Origin: Malacoraja senta | Lineage: Eukaryota | Direction of reading: 5' to 3' | Assembly (NCBI GenBank): GCA_038087875.1 | Contig: CM075993.1 | Location: forward strand, 4,094,001 to 4,158,000 | Length of the DNA: 64,000 bases | Shown here: piece after piece, positions 1-12,997 of the stretch | Numbering within the stretch: the stretch's first letter is position 1 | Layout of the letters: each line of letters starts with the position of its first letter | The notes under the pieces: model-generated | Databases searched by the model: none | What the model was told of the DNA's origin: nothing | Seen by the model: the letters and a program-made list of their open reading frames with translations, nothing else | Position numbers and translations under genes: made by a program

Positions 1-389
1 AAGAGACATTTAGACAGACTTTGCAGCCAAAGACGAGAGTGAGGTGGACCATGTGCCGGCAGGTGGGATTATCTACATTGACATCATAGCCAGCACAGAC
101 ATGATGGTCTGAAGATCCTGCTCCTGTGGTATATTCCAATGTTCTTCTACAACTCCCCATCAGAAAGTTGGACGGCACAGTGGCACAGCAGTGGAGCTAG
201 CTACTGCCTTACAGCGCCAGAGACCCGGGCTCGATCCCGACTATGGGTGCTTGCCTGCACGTTCCCCCCCCCCCCCCCGCCGTGACTTGCTGTGGGGTTT
301 CTCCCAATATCTTCGGCTTCCTCCCACACGCCAGACGGACAGGTCGGTAGGTTCATCAGCTTGGTGTAAATGCCAAGACCAACTCTTTG

Positions 390-646
390 CCCGAGCCGGC
401 TGCCTGCCCCTTTTCCAGGGTCACGTCCAAGCCGGGTGCGGGTTAGAAAGGGAATACGCCCTGTCCACGGGAACCCGGGGGGAGTTCCGGGACCGCTGGG
501 TGTTGAATATGAGGATAGTAACATAGTTGTATTGTAGTTTATTAAGGATATATGTTTGTGTTGTATTATGGTGGTGGGTTCTGGTTTATTTTATTTTAAT
601 GTATTATTATTTTTTAATAATTGAATAAATTTGTCGATTAAAAAAA
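390..646 (+). mobile_element. Tx1/L1-clade LINE 3' end
   Basis: CLPLF.G.V...LERE.A.STGT...FRDRW C-terminus; A tail; TSD CAACT(C/A)TTTG (380-389 / 647-656). Confidence 0.6.
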
Positions 647-919
647 CAACTATTTGTGTGCCTACCCCGTAATCTACATCCCTCTGTAAGCAAAGATCAA
701 CACAAAGAGCTGACAGGTCAGGCAGCATCTTTGGAGAAAAAATGATGGGTGACATTTCGGACTCTTCTTCAGACTGAAAGTGGACTTTCCAGAGATGCTG
801 CCTGACCTGCTGAAGCCCTTTGCGTCTATCTTCAGTATAAACCAGTATCTACAGTTCCTTGTTCCTGCATTCCCTCCATATCCATATGCCTATCCAAAAG
901 TCTCTTAAACACCACTATC

Positions 920-1373
920 TCAAAATGTGGATTGCAAGTATGTTGGATACCGCACATTTTGAGGAAATGCGATTCCTCCTAATAGATAAATTTGACCAAT
1001 TCATAACGAGTTGGTCTCCATTTGTCGTCTTTTGGAAACATATGGTGGAACACAGGTGTAAAAGCTAATCCGTGACTGGGTGAGGGATGGTCAAGTGTAT
1101 AAATACGATCTCCTTACTTCTCTTTTCTTTTTCTTCTCTTTTCTTCTTTTACTCCTTTTCTTCTATTTTCTATTTCTTAACTTTCTTCTTTCCCTCTCTA
1201 TTTTTCTTTTTCACACACTATATATCTCACATTTTTCTATTCTTCATTATCTAATTTCTTTTTCTTTTTTATTACAAAATTAAAAAAATAAGAAGCTGTA
1301 CATAAAATGTATTATGAAAATATGATTGTATACAATTGTACTTACTTCTAATAAAAATAAAAATAAATAAAAA
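920..1373 (+). mobile_element. L1-clade LINE 3' end
   Basis: W...E.......F...WSPF C-terminal motif; T-rich UTR; A-rich tail; TSD ACCACTATC (911-919 / 1374-1382). Confidence 0.65.
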
Positions 1374-1727
1374 ACCACTATCATACTCGCCTCCACCACC
1401 ATCCCCAGCAAGGTAGTCACCACTCACTGTGTAAAAACAAAAATCGCCCTGCACATCCCCTTTAAATTTTGCCCCTCTCATCATAAAGCAATCCCTCCAG
1501 TCTTTGATACCGATTTATAACCCGAACATCCACGGATTACAATCACGGAGAAAAGGAATTAGTCCCAAAGTGGTGGGAAAAATCCCAGTATCACCACTAG
1601 TTAGTCACGGGAACACAAGGTGGTGAAAATTACTATTTAGCAGTTTTGTGGAGTATATCCGTGATGTATATTGTATTAAACAAACAATTCTTTGTTCACC
1701 GATTAGAAATATTTTTTAAAAGGTTAC

Positions 1728-1803
1728 CTGTGCAAAACCATCGACCTCATTAACATGGACAGGGTGAAACAGCAGGAGGTAGCGACGGCACAGATGTAAC
1801 AGA
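1728..1803 (-). CDS. STRA6: STRA6 coding exon 11 (VCYICAVATSCCFTLSMLMRSMVLHR); gene continues beyond the window start
   Basis: Resembles [26 protein letters not shown]; 76 nt, phase 1 to 2. Confidence 0.95.
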
Positions 1804-2617
1804 CTGCAGGAAGAAAAATGAACAGTGATCTTTCATCACTAATATTATACCGATAAAGCACAGAACAGGGGTGGCATGTTGGCGCAACGGTAAGGTACTG
1901 CCTCACAGCGCCAGAGACCCGGGTTCCATCCTGGCTATCGGTGCTGCCTCTACGGAGTCTGCATGTTTTCCCCCCGTGACCTGTGTGGGTTTTCCCTGAG
2001 ATCTTTGGTTTCTTCCCACACTCCACAGATCTGTAGGCTAATTGGATGGTATCAATGTAAAATTGTCCCGAGTGTGTGTGTGTAGGGTAGTGTCAGTGTG
2101 CGGGCATCGCTGTCGGTGCGGACTTGGTGGGCCGAAGGGCCTGTTTTCCCGCTGTAACACTACAGCCACGGAACAGGCCCTTCATCCCAGTCTGTGCCAT
2201 ACATAATAAAATATAGCAATCCCATCTGCCTACACGTGATCTATATCTCTCCATTCCCCACATGCTGATACAAAAGCCTCTTAAGCCACACTCTCATATC
2301 AGCCTCCACCACCAACCCTGTTAGTGTGTTCCAGGCACCCATCACCCTCTCAAAGCTTCCCCCCACAAATCTCCTTTAAAATGTGCCCTTCTCACCTTAA
2401 CGCTAAGTCCCCTATTCATTGACATTTCCATCCTGTGAAAAAGGTTTCGACTGTCTACCCTATCTATGTCTCTCATAATTTTATATACTTCTACCAGGTC
2501 TCCCCGCAATCTTTTGGTATTCCAGGGAAAACAATCCAAGTTTTGTCCAAACCTCTCTTTATAACTAAAACAACCAGACAGCAAGAGATCAAAAATGCAT
2601 TTCGTACGAGTCAGTTA

Positions 2618-3320
2618 ACACAGACACAAAATGCTGGAGTAACTCAGCAGCATCTCTGGAGAGAAGGAATGGGTGACGTTTTCGGGTCGAGACCCTTCTT
2701 CAGACTGAGAGTCAGGGGAGAGGGAGACACAGAGATATGGAAGGCCGAGGTGTGAAAGCGAGACATCAAAGGGGACGAAGTTCAAGGAAAATGTAGAATA
2801 GATCATTGTTAGCTAGGGGGAAGGTGATAAAGCATAGGAAGATAACATTTAACCAGGATTAAATTAAAATATAACTTAATCTACTGTATACGCTGTTCCA
2901 GGTGTGGACTCCTATATATTGGCAAGACGAAGCACAGGCTCGGTGATCGTTCGCTGAACACCTCCGCTCAGTCCGCCTAAACCTACCTGATCTCCCGGTT
3001 GCTAAACATTTTAACTCCCCCTCCCATTCCTACACTGACCTTTCTGTCCTGGGCCTCCTCCATTGTCAGAGTGAGGCCCAACGCAAATTGGAGGAACAGC
3101 ACCACACATTTCACTTGGGCAGCTTATACCCCAGCGGTTGGACTTCTCTAACTTCAAGTAGCCCTTGCTTCCCCCCCTCTCTCTCCAACCTCTCCTCTAT
3201 CCTAGATCTCAGACACGTTGCCTATTTCCTTCGCTCCGTAGATGCTGCCTCACCCACTGGGTTTCTCCAGCATTTTTATCTACCATAGATTTTTCCAGCA
3301 TCTGCAGTTCCTTTTTAAAC
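2618..3320. mobile_element. Penelope-like remnants in inverted arrangement
   Basis: Minus-strand terminal repeat with HHR at about 2675-2703; plus-strand GIY-YIG remnant at about 2884-3170, then the terminal repeat tail. Confidence 0.75.
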
Positions 3321-3373
3321 AAATGCTCGGGGTGATAGTTTCTCCATTTCAAAACCGTACAAAACGCTGCTAC

Positions 3374-3536
3374 CTTCCATGATCCAAAAGTAATATTTGA
3401 CAATTCGGATCACTTCGGCCCTCTTATCTGACAAGTTGATCCCAAACCCTTCCAGTATGTAGGAGAATTCTTCATGGACTCCAGCTCGCATCTTCTGCAG
3501 GGTTGGGACCACGTCCACTACAAGCAGAAGGGCAAC
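3374..3536 (-). CDS. STRA6: STRA6 coding exon 10 (VALLLVVDVVPTLQKMRAGVHEEFSYILEGFGINLSDKRAEVIRIVKYYFWIME)
   Basis: Strong match to [20 protein letters not shown]...GFGIVLSED (RBP-binding region); 163 nt, phase 0 to 1. Confidence 0.96.
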
Positions 3537-3685
3537 CTGCCGGGGGGCAAAGAGAGCAAGAGCTACTTAAAAAAGGTGACAGATAATATACGATTGTTGG
3601 CGTCATGTTTGTTGATCGCTGATGCCAAAAACTCCCATGTCTGTCGATAGTTGCTAACGCAAGCATTAAAACCATCTCTACCAAA

Positions 3686-3969
3686 TGGGCCTGCCCCACT
3701 CACGCGACTTTTTCAGCCGACTGCCGGCACCCGTCGCCGAAAATTTTCAACATGTTGAAAATCCAGTGGCAACCAGAAAGACGCCACGACTCTTTGGGCG
3801 ACTGAGGAGACGACTCACGACCATACAGGCGACATGTCGCGGGCTGAAGCCTGTATGGTCGTGAGTAGTCCCCAAAGAGTCGCTGGATTTTCAACATGTT
3901 GAAAATTTTCGGCGACCTATGACGGGTGCTGGCAGTCGCCGAAAAAGTCGCGCAAGTGGGACAGGCCCA
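3686..3969. mobile_element. PIF/Harbinger-type MITE
   Basis: TIR TGGGCCTG(C/T)CCCACT; internal palindrome TTTTCAACATGTTGAAAA twice. Confidence 0.75.
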
Positions 3970-5296
3970 TTAGTCTTTCACCTTAAACCCATATACCCAC
4001 CACCCTCTGAGTGAAAAAAGGTTCCTTTTAAATACATGTACTTTTTATCTTGCCCCTCTCACCTTAAGCCTACGTCTTGTGGTTTTTGATTCCTCGACTC
4101 TGGTAAAAGACTCTGCATTTATCCTATCCATACCCCACATTGTTTTACATATCTCTGCAAGATTCCCCAGCGTCCCAAGGAACAAAGCCCTGGCCTGCCT
4201 AACCTCTCCCTGCCTAATTAGGCTCAGACCCTCAAGTCCTGGCAACACCCTTGCAAATCTTCTCTGCACTCTTCCCAACTGAATGGATCCCTTCCTATCG
4301 CAGGGCGACTACAGTGGCCTCACTAACGTCTCGATTATTGCTGCAATGTTGGAAACAAAGACAAATGTCAACTAGCAAGCACAAAAGCAATCATAGATCG
4401 GATAATTAGATTAGCAATGTTAATTGAAGGGCATATAACTAACCCACAACTGAGGTCTTGACTTATTGTCTCATTTGAAAAGGCACATGTGCGTGCACAT
4501 AGACTGCTAATACAAACAATTCAAGTTAATGGGACTGGCTCTGCTGCCGTGACATAGAACAGTACAGGATCAGGCCCTTCGGCCCACAATGTCCGTACCA
4601 ACCGTGATGCCACGACCAACTCTTGCACTTAATCCCTATTCCTTTTTCTCACAGAGAGTGGTGCGTCGGTGGAATTCTCTGCCTCAGAGGGCGGTGGAGG
4701 CCGGTTCTCTGGATGCTTTCAAGAGAGAGCTAGATAGGGCTCTTAAAAATAGCGGAGTCAGGGGATATGGGGAAAAGGCAGGAACGGGGTACTGATTGGG
4801 GATGATCAGCCAATTAAGAGGGAGATAGATGTGGCCTTTGTGGCTAAAGGGATCAGGGGGTATGGAGAGATGGCAGGTACAGGATACTGTGTTGGATGAT
4901 CAGCCATGATCATATTGAATGGCGGTGCAGGCTCGAAGGGCCGAATGGCCTACTCCTGCACCTATTGTCTATTGTCCTTTATTCCATGCATATCCATGTG
5001 CCTATCCAAAAGCCTCCTAAATGCCATATTGTATCAGCCTCCACCACCACCCCAGGCAGTGTTCCAGGCACCCACCACCCTCTGTGTATGAAAACTTGCT
5101 TCCCACGTCTCCTTTGAGTTTTGCCCCACTTCGCTTAGCGCCATGACTTCTAGTCTTTGACAACTCCAACCCGGGATGAAGGTTCTGCCTGTCTACCCTA
5201 TCCGTGCCTCTGCTTGGAATAAAGACAACGTGTCCAAACGTGTGGATGATTCAGGTGCTGCAGAGTCAAGACCAAGGTTTGAATGAATAGAACTAC

Positions 5297-5358
5297 CTGA
5301 TAGATGGTCACCAGAGCCACCATCATAGACACAGTTAACTTTGGTGGAATTCTGAAAC
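5297..5358 (-). CDS. STRA6: STRA6 coding exon 9 (GFRIPPKLTVSMMVALVTIYQ)
   Basis: Resembles GFHLPLKLVLS...IYQ; 62 nt, phase 1 to 0. Confidence 0.92.
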
Positions 5359-5472
5359 CTGCATTAAAAAGAAAAAGGAGAAATCGGTTAAAGAAAATTG
5401 GTTATCACGTTCTTCACCAAACGTTCTTCACCAAAAGGAACTCTCAGTTGATAATTCTGAAGCATTTATACT

Positions 5473-6082
5473 ACATAGATACATAGAAAATAGGTGCAGG
5501 AGTAGGCCATTCAATATGATCATCCAACTCAGTATCCCGTACCTGCCTTCTCTCCATACCCCCTGATCCCTTTAGCCACAAGGGCCACATCTAACTCCCT
5601 CTTAAATATAGCCAATGAACTGGCCTCAACTACCCTCTGTGGCAGAGAGTTCCAGAGACTCACCACTCTGTGTGAAAAAGTTTTTCCTCATCTCGGTCTT
5701 AAAGGATTTCCCCCTTATCCTTAAGCTGTGACCCCTTGTCCTGGACTTCCCCAACATCGGGAACAATCTTCCTGCATCTAGCCTGTCCAACCCCATAAGA
5801 ATTTTGTACGTTTCTATAAGATCCCCTCTCAATCTCCTAAATTCTAGCGAGTATAAGCCAAGTCTATCCAGTCTTTCTTCATATGAAAGTCCTGACATCC
5901 CAGGAATCAGTCTGGTGAACCTTCTCTGCACTCCCTCTATGGCTATAATGTCCTTCCTCAGATTTGGAGACCAAAACTGTACGCAATACTCCAGGTGTGG
6001 TCTCACCAAGACCCTGTACAACTGCAGTAGAACCTCCCTGCTCCTATACTCAAATCCTTTTGCTATGAAAGCTAACATACCA
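5473..6082 (-). mobile_element. CR1 (HER1-like) LINE 3' fragment
   Basis: LYRVLVRPHLEYCVQFWSP...VQRRFTRLIPG...RRLRGDLIETYK...RTRGH; (CTATGTAT) tail. Confidence 0.93.
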
Positions 6083-6569
6083 TACTATTCCAAGGTCACG
6101 GACCCGGCAGCTATTCTTTGCAATACAAGCGATTCCTTGTTTAAACATAGAAAAGGAAACAGGCAGTAACCTTGAACTGGAAGATTTCACAGCTGCAGGC
6201 AATTGTTTTGCTGTTATCAAGACAGGGAACTGCAACTCAAAATTGGGGGGGGGGGGGGGGGGGGGGGGAGAGAAATAGTGTGGAAAGAACTCAGATTCAA
6301 GATTTCAGCCAAGATGCTTCTTTAAAAAGTCAGAACTTCCAAATGGTCAAGGAATAGGGTGGCACAGTGGTAGAGCTGCTGCCTCACAGCGCCAGAGACC
6401 TGGGTTCGATCCTGACTGCGGGTGTTGCCTGTACGGAGTTTGTACGCTCTCCCCGCGACCTGCGTGGGTTTTCTCTGGTTTCCTCCCACACTCCAAAGAC
6501 GCAAGAGTTGGTCGGTTAATTGGCTTGGTGAAATTGGAAATGGTCCCCAGTGTGTGTAGGATAGCGTTA

Positions 6570-7531
6570 AGGGCCCTGTCCCACTTACGCGACCTTTACA
6601 GGCGACTGGCGGCACGTGTCATAGGTGGCCGAAATTTTCAACATGTTGAAAATTCAGCGGCGACCAGAAAGACGCTACGACTCTTTGGAGACCTCTCACG
6701 ACCATAGGCTGTACGGTCGTGAGAGATCTCCTATGGTCGTGAGAGGTCTCCTATGGTCGTGAGAGATCTCCTATGGTCGTGAGAGATCTCCTATGGTCGT
6801 GAGAGATCTCCTATGGTCGTGAGAGATCTCCTAGCGTCATGAGAGGTCTCCTATGGTCCCGAGAGGTCTCCTATGGTCCCGAGAGGTCTCCTATGGTCCC
6901 GAGAGGTCTCCTATGGTCCCGAGAGGTCTCCTATGGTCCCGAGAGGTCTCCTATGGTCCCGAGAGGTCTCCTATGGTCGTGAGAGGTCTCCTATGGTCGT
7001 GAGAGGTCTCCTATGGTCGTGAGAGAGCTCCTATGGTCGTGAGAGGTCTCCTATGGTCGTGAGAGGTCTCCTATGGTCGTGAGAGGTCTCCTATGGTCGT
7101 GAGAGGTCTCCTATGGTCGTGAGAGGTCACCCTCAACATGTCGCCAGGGGTCGCCTGTATGGTCGTGAGAGGTCTCCTATGGTCGTGAGAGGTCTCCTGT
7201 GGTCGTGAGAGATCTCCTGTGGTCGTGAGAGGTCTCCTATGGTCCTGAGAGGTCTCCTATGGTCCTGAGAGGTCTCCTATGGTCCTGAGAGGTCTCCTAT
7301 GGTCCTGAGAGGTCTCCTATGGTCCTGAGAGGTCTCCTATGGTCCTGAGAGGTCTCCTATGGTCCTGAGAGGTCTCCTATGGTCCTGAGAGGTCTCCTAT
7401 GGTCCTGAGAGGTCTCCAAAGAGTCGTAGCGTCTTTCTGGTCGCCGCTGAATTTTCAACGTTGAAAATTTCAGCAACCTATGACGGGTGCCTGCAGTCGC
7501 CTGTAAAGGTCGCGCAAGTGGGACAGGCCCT
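6570..7531. mobile_element. PIF/Harbinger-type MITE with internal 20-bp minisatellite, inserted in a V-SINE
   Basis: TIR AGGGCC(C)TGTCCCACT...AGTGGGACAGGCCCT; TSD TTA. Confidence 0.85.
6715..7417. repeat. 20-bp minisatellite (GGTCGTGAGAGGTCTCCTAT)n, about 33-34 units
   Basis: Direct tandem units with block-wise variants; one interruption at about 7131-7160. Confidence 0.95.
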
Positions 7532-8248
7532 TTAGTGTGTGTGGGGATCGCTGGTCGATACGGACTCGGTGGGCCAAATGGGTCCGTTTCCACGCGGTAT
7601 CTCCAAACAAAACAAAATGGAAGTTCCCATTTGATCCAAGTTCCTGCAGGCAGGATGGAGTCAAACGTCTCAATGCGCTTCGCCCTCCCAAAAGGAGAGC
7701 TGGCGCATTTATGAAGTGCTCAGTACTCTGTGAAGTTGGGGGATGAGGTGGGCTGGAGTCTACTTTCTAATTGAGGTGGAATGTTGTGATCAGAATGCAT
7801 CGTGGAAACAGATGCAATTGTAACTTTACATAAAGGGTGTGGAAGATTAGCGGGACATAGTTGGAACACATCCAATGGGCCAAATGGCAGTTTTATTTTA
7901 TTCTAAGAGATAAAAAGGGAGCAGAAGTAACAAACTACTGGAGGAACCTAGAGGATTAGACATCATCTGTTGAGGGAAATGGTCAGACAAGAATTGTTGT
8001 ACAACTGGAGGAGATGAAGCAGCAATTGAATGTTGAGCATAAGTGAAACAGCTGAAGGCACTCAACGGGTCAGGCGGCATCCGTGGAGGGAATGGACAGA
8101 CGTTTCATGGACCTTCCCTCCACAGATGCTACCTGACCCACTCGAGTTCCTCCAGCACGTTGCCTTTTTTGCTCAAGATTCCAGCACCTGCAGTTTCTTG
8201 CATCTCCGTCAAGTTGGAAAGAGACCAGTTTGAGCTTCAGGCTTTTAC

Positions 8249-8325
8249 CTTTCATCGGAATGTAGATATAGGATCTCAATAAAGCCCTGACTTTGGACGT
8301 GATGCACGACTCATCTGTGCGCGCA
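8249..8325 (-). CDS. STRA6: STRA6 coding exon 8 (ARTDESCITSKVRALLRSYIYIPMK)
   Basis: 77 nt, phase 2 to 1; resembles LRHCIYTPQPG; AG acceptor, GTAAAA donor. Confidence 0.88.
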
Positions 8326-8449
8326 CTAAAGGGGAAGATCGGAAGGAAAAACAGTACAGTAAGCTCTTGGAATGAGTTGAATCAACTCTGAACAATTATT
8401 AAACTCTGTTTCCATGACGGTGCAGTAACTTGAAAAGTTATTCCCAAAC

Positions 8450-8517
8450 CTGTTCTTGGATGGTCTTTTCTTCAACAAGACTCTCAAGTAGTCCATGTAG
8501 TATTCGTCGGCTTGCCA
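8450..8517 (-). CDS. STRA6: STRA6 coding exon 7 (WQADEYYMDYLRVLLKKRPSKN)
   Basis: Resembles YSEEYLRNLLCRK; 68 nt, phase 0 to 2; long pyrimidine tract. Confidence 0.9.
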
Positions 8518-9597
8518 CTGAAAGTTGGGTAGGAAGGAAGAAGAGGGATATAGGGATAAATACCCAGCAGAACTCCAGTAATTTCCAACTCATCAGGCAA
8601 CAACTGCTGTCTGATGAAACGTGAAACATACTGCTGACCACATTGCACTTCATCAGTGAGGCATGGGCAGAGAAGAAAACCATTCTCTACTCAGACATGA
8701 AGGAAGACCCAAACATAGAAACCAGTTGCAAGAGTAGGCCCATTCGGCCCGTCGAACCATTCAATATGATCATGGCTGAAAATCAGTGCATCGTTCCCGG
8801 TTTCTCCCCATATCCCTTGATTCCGTTAAAGGCCTGTCCTAGGCGACTGCCGAATGGCCTACTCCTGCACCTATTGTCTATTGTCAAAACGTCACCTACT
8901 CAACGCTTTCCGGAGATGCTGCCTGACCTGTTGAGTTACGCCAGCAGATTGTAAACCAGAATGTGCAGTTCCTTGGGTCTGCATCTGCAGGCAAGGTGTT
9001 CCAGATTCTCACCACAATTTGCACGAAAGACGGATAAAGAAATCCCCAAATACGGTCGCATTACTATGGCTAGTTATTATTATTTTTTAATTAATTAAAT
9101 TCCTGGGTTAGCCCATAAAATCACCCTTTGACGTTAGACACAAAAAGCTGGAGTAACTCAGCGGGTCAGACTGCATCTCTGGAGAGAAGGAACAGGTGAC
9201 GTTTCAGATTGTCGCTTTGTTGGTGCCCTTTATGTGTTGACTATTGGCATACCTTGTGAATGCAAGTAAAGAATTTCACTATGACTTGACATAGATACAT
9301 AGAAAATAGGTGCAGGAGTAGGCCATTCGGCCCTTCGAGCCTGCACCGCCATTCAATATGATCATGGCTGATCATCCAACTCAGTGACAATAAAGTATTC
9401 ATTCATTCATTATCTTGTTGAGTGTCATTGAAGTCATAATCCTGTTTCCCCCAACTCTCAGTCTGAAGAAGGGCCTTGACCCAAAACGTCACCTATTCCT
9501 ATTCTCCAGAGATGCCGTCTAACCCGCTGAGTTACTCCAGCTTTTTATGTCAATCTCCGGTTTAAACCAGCATCTGCGGTTCCTTCCTGCACCCTTA

Positions 9598-9980
9598 AGC
9601 CCCTGTCCCACTTAGGAGACCTAAACAGCAACCTCTGGTGACCTTGCCTGCCACCCATGGTTTCCATGAGGTCACCGGAGGTTTTGGTCACTCTCCCTAA
9701 TGGTCGAAAGTGGTTTCCGTGTGGTCGAGGCTTCATCTAGGTTGCTGCTATTTTCTCATCGTGATTAAAACCGGCCTCGACTAAAAATAGGTTGCCGTTT
9801 AAAAAAAATTTTAGTCGCAGCTCAAGTCGAAGCCGGTTTTCTTCATAGTCGAGGAAGGTTTTCAACATACGTGTGGGAGGTGGTAGGAGGTTGCAGGTCA
9901 CCTCGACCTTGATTTTTTTTTGGGTGGCGGGCAAGGTCACCAGAGGTTGCCGTTTAGGTCTCCTAAGTGGGACAGGGGCT
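9598..9980. mobile_element. PIF/Harbinger-type MITE
   Basis: Long TIR AGCCCCTGTCCCACTTAGGAGACCTAAAC; TSD TTA. Confidence 0.85.
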
Positions 9981-10038
9981 TTAGATGTTAAGTCGCCAAC
10001 CGATCCCACACCACCCTCAGTGAATTGCCGACACTTAC

Positions 10039-10164
10039 CCAATGCAACGTCGAATTCCTCGACTTCTCACCATTCCTCAGTAACAAAACAGGGTAAACGA
10101 CACTTAGATACCCCAGACACAGGAACTGCGGGAGGCTTCTCAGCAGGGTATAGTATTTGTATTG
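10039..10164 (-). CDS. STRA6: STRA6 coding exon 6 (QYKYYTLLRSLPQFLCLGYLSVVYPVLLLRNGEKSRNSTLHW)
   Basis: Resembles [25 protein letters not shown]; 126 nt, phase 0 to 0; GTAAGT donor. Confidence 0.95.
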
Positions 10165-10619
10165 CTGGGTTGCAAAACAAGGCAAGAGATTAAATATTTT
10201 AATTAGTTTTAACATTCAACAAACCACTGGCTTCTCCCATTTTCCTCGCTACTTTTTAAGGTCATAAGTGATAGGAGCAGAATAAGGCCATTCTGCCCAT
10301 TGTCCATTCAATCATGGCTAATCATTGTCCATTCAATCATCCAGACCTGGAGCGGGGCCTTGCATCGCCCGGCGTTAATGGCCACGGGACTTATTTTCCA
10401 TCGCCGGCCGGGGGCTCTGACTCTGACATCGGGAGGAGAATGGGGAGTGCAGGGGAGAGATAAGACTTTGCCTTCCATCACAGCGAGGAGATTCGCTGTG
10501 ATGGATGTTTGTGTAAATTGTGTTGTGTCTGGGTTCTTTTTACTTGTTTGTATGACTGCAGAAACCAAATTTCGTTTGAACTTAATTTGAGGTTCAAATG
10601 ACAATAAATGGTATTGTAT

Positions 10620-11240
10620 TGTATCTATCTCTCCCTCCTAGTCCCATTCTCCTGCCTTCTCCCCATAACCCCCGACACCAGTCCTAATCAAGAATCTATC
10701 TATCTCTGCCTTAAATATATCCACTGACTTGGCCTCCACAGCCTTCTGTGGCAAAGAATTCCACAGATTCACCACCCTCTGACTAAAGAAATTCTTCCTC
10801 ATCTCCTTCCTAAAGGAACATCCTTTAATTCTGAGGCTATGACCTCTGGTCCTAGACTCTCCCACAAGGGGAAACATCCTCTCCACCTCCACTCTATCCA
10901 AGCCTTTCATTCTGTACATTTCAATGAGGTCCCCCCTCATTCTTCTAAACTCCAGCGAGTACAGGCCCAGTGCCGTCAAATGTTCATCATGTTAACCTAC
11001 TAATTCCTGGGATCATTCTCGTAAAAGAGTCTGAAGAAGGGTGTTGACCAGAAACGTCACCCATTCCTTCTCTCCAGAGACGCTGCCTGTCCCGCTGAGT
11101 TACTCCAGCTTTTTCCGTCTATCCTCGGTCTTAACCAGCATCTGCAGTTCCTTCCTACATCATTCCTGTTAACCTCCTCTGGACTCTCCAGAGCCAGCAC
11201 ATCCTTCCTCAGATACGGTGCCCAAAATTGCTCACAATTT
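10620..11240 (-). mobile_element. CR1 LINE 3' fragment with nested Penelope unit
   Basis: LGLYSLEFRRMRGDLIE...WNSLPQKAVEA; PLE unit at about 11026-11160. Confidence 0.88.
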
Positions 11241-11464
11241 GTGCTTTATGGAAACCAAGTCAAGGCAGCAGAACGGAGAGATCTCGGCACTGAAGCCGAA
11301 CAAGCTACTTCTTCAGATAACAAGGCAAAATAGGGACCATTGTCCCGGTTTTAATACAAATCACTTCAAGCTTCCACAATAGTGATACTGTTTACACGGT
11401 TCTTAAGGACAGAATTAAATCTCCAATTAAAACTTAAGGCTGTTGCATAAGCAGAAATAATTAC

Positions 11465-11631
11465 CTCTCGTGATAAGGGGCATTCAACTTTCTGCCAGAT
11501 GAGAACTCCAGTGTGCAGCCAGGACAGCAGACTTCCAAGCGCGAAGCCCACTTTGTTTTTGACCGTTGCACAAGCGAGCAGGGGGTAGTACAGAGCAGGG
11601 TAGTAGAGTAATGCAGCTATCTTCCAGTACT
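11465..11631 (-). CDS. STRA6: STRA6 coding exon 5 ([56 protein letters not shown])
   Basis: WKI...YYPL.ACAT...LGS.LSW.H.GV..WQ..ECP signature; 167 nt, phase 1 to 0; AG/GT ends. Confidence 0.96.
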
Positions 11632-11838
11632 CTACGGGGTAGAATTAGACAGGACAGACAGAATCATGGTTACAGTACTGCAGCCAACAGGAACAAGATT
11701 CATGAAAGGACTCAGAGTGCTGGAGTAACTGGACTCAGAGTGCTGGACAAAGAGTAATGGTAGGTTTAGAGATACAGCGCAGAAAGAGGCCCCTTCCACC
11801 CACCGAGTCCGCGCCGACCAGCGATCCCCGTACACTAA

Positions 11839-12171
11839 AAGCCCTGTCCCACTGTACGAGTTCATTCAAGAATTCTCCCCGAGCTTGCCCCGATTCGAAC
11901 TCGGAGATTTACCGCAATGGCCACTCGTCGGTACTCGGGGCTCTCGTGGACATTTTGCAACATGTTGAAAAATCTTCACGAGTCTTCCCGAGCTTACCTG
12001 CCGTTGTTAGCGAGTCTTCCCGAGTACCTGCCGTTAGCGTTACGAGCCGCTAAGAGACGTCCCCGAGCTCCGACGTACCCGCTACGTTCATTCTCCGTGC
12101 TTACCACGAGTTTGTTTTTTTTTAAAACTCGGGAGAGCTCTTGAATGAACTCGTATAGTGGGACAGGGCTA
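11839..12171. mobile_element. PIF/Harbinger-type MITE inside a minus-strand V-SINE
   Basis: TIR AGCCCTGTCCCAC; TSD TAA; same subfamily as the 58700 copy, opposite orientation. Confidence 0.85.
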
Positions 12172-12927
12172 TAACACTATTCTGCACACTACGGGTAATT
12201 TACATTTTTTACCCAAGCCTAATTAACCTACAAACCTGTACGTCTTTGGAGTGTGGGAGGAAACCGCAGAAAACCCACGTAGTCACAAGAAGAACATACA
12301 AACTAATAGGCTAACAATTTGTGTTCTTTTCTTAAATATAAACTAGCAACTGCAATTCCTTGTTGCTACAGTGTTCACGAGTTATGTCCTTAATTATTCA
12401 TACAGGTTTTTGGTCTCCGTGACATTTATAGGCAATCTTCAAATGCCCCTTAGAAAGATGACAGGTTATCCAAGAACTGCTGCATGGTGTGGTGAAGATG
12501 TCTTCCCACATCCCCAAGACGTGCCGCTTTGTAGGCCAATTGGCCTCTGTAAATTGCCACTAGTGTGTCTGGAGCGGGTGAGAAAGTGGGAGAACACAGA
12601 AATAGCGTGTACAGGTGAAGAAGGGTCTCGACCCGAAACGTCACCCATTCCTTCTCTCCAGAGATGCTGCCTGTCCCGCTGAGTTACTCCAGCTTTTTGT
12701 GTCTATGAACGGGTGATCGATGGTTCGAGTGGACTTCACGGGCTGAAGCGTGCAGGAAGGAACTGCAGATGCTGGTTTAAACCGAAGATGGGCAAAAAAA
12801 GCTGGAGTAACTCTGCGGGTCAGACAGCATCTGTGGGGTGAGAAAATATATTTCAACTCACCAGATAGTTTTTTTAATTTCAGAATTAGTGGCAGCATGG
12901 TGGCGTCACGATAAACCTACAGCCTAA

Positions 12928-12997
12928 AGGGCCTGTCCCACTTGGGCGTCATTTGCGCGTTACGCAAGCGTCGTGACGCGCAAATGAGACAGGCCCT
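12928..12997. mobile_element. 70-bp PIF/Harbinger-type MITE in a V-SINE head
   Basis: TIR AGGGCCTGTC; related partial copy at about 19038-19193. Confidence 0.7.

Noticed and set aside
6715..7417. CRISPR-like array
   Set aside because: Head-to-tail 20-bp units with no unique spacers, no cas genes, eukaryotic context.
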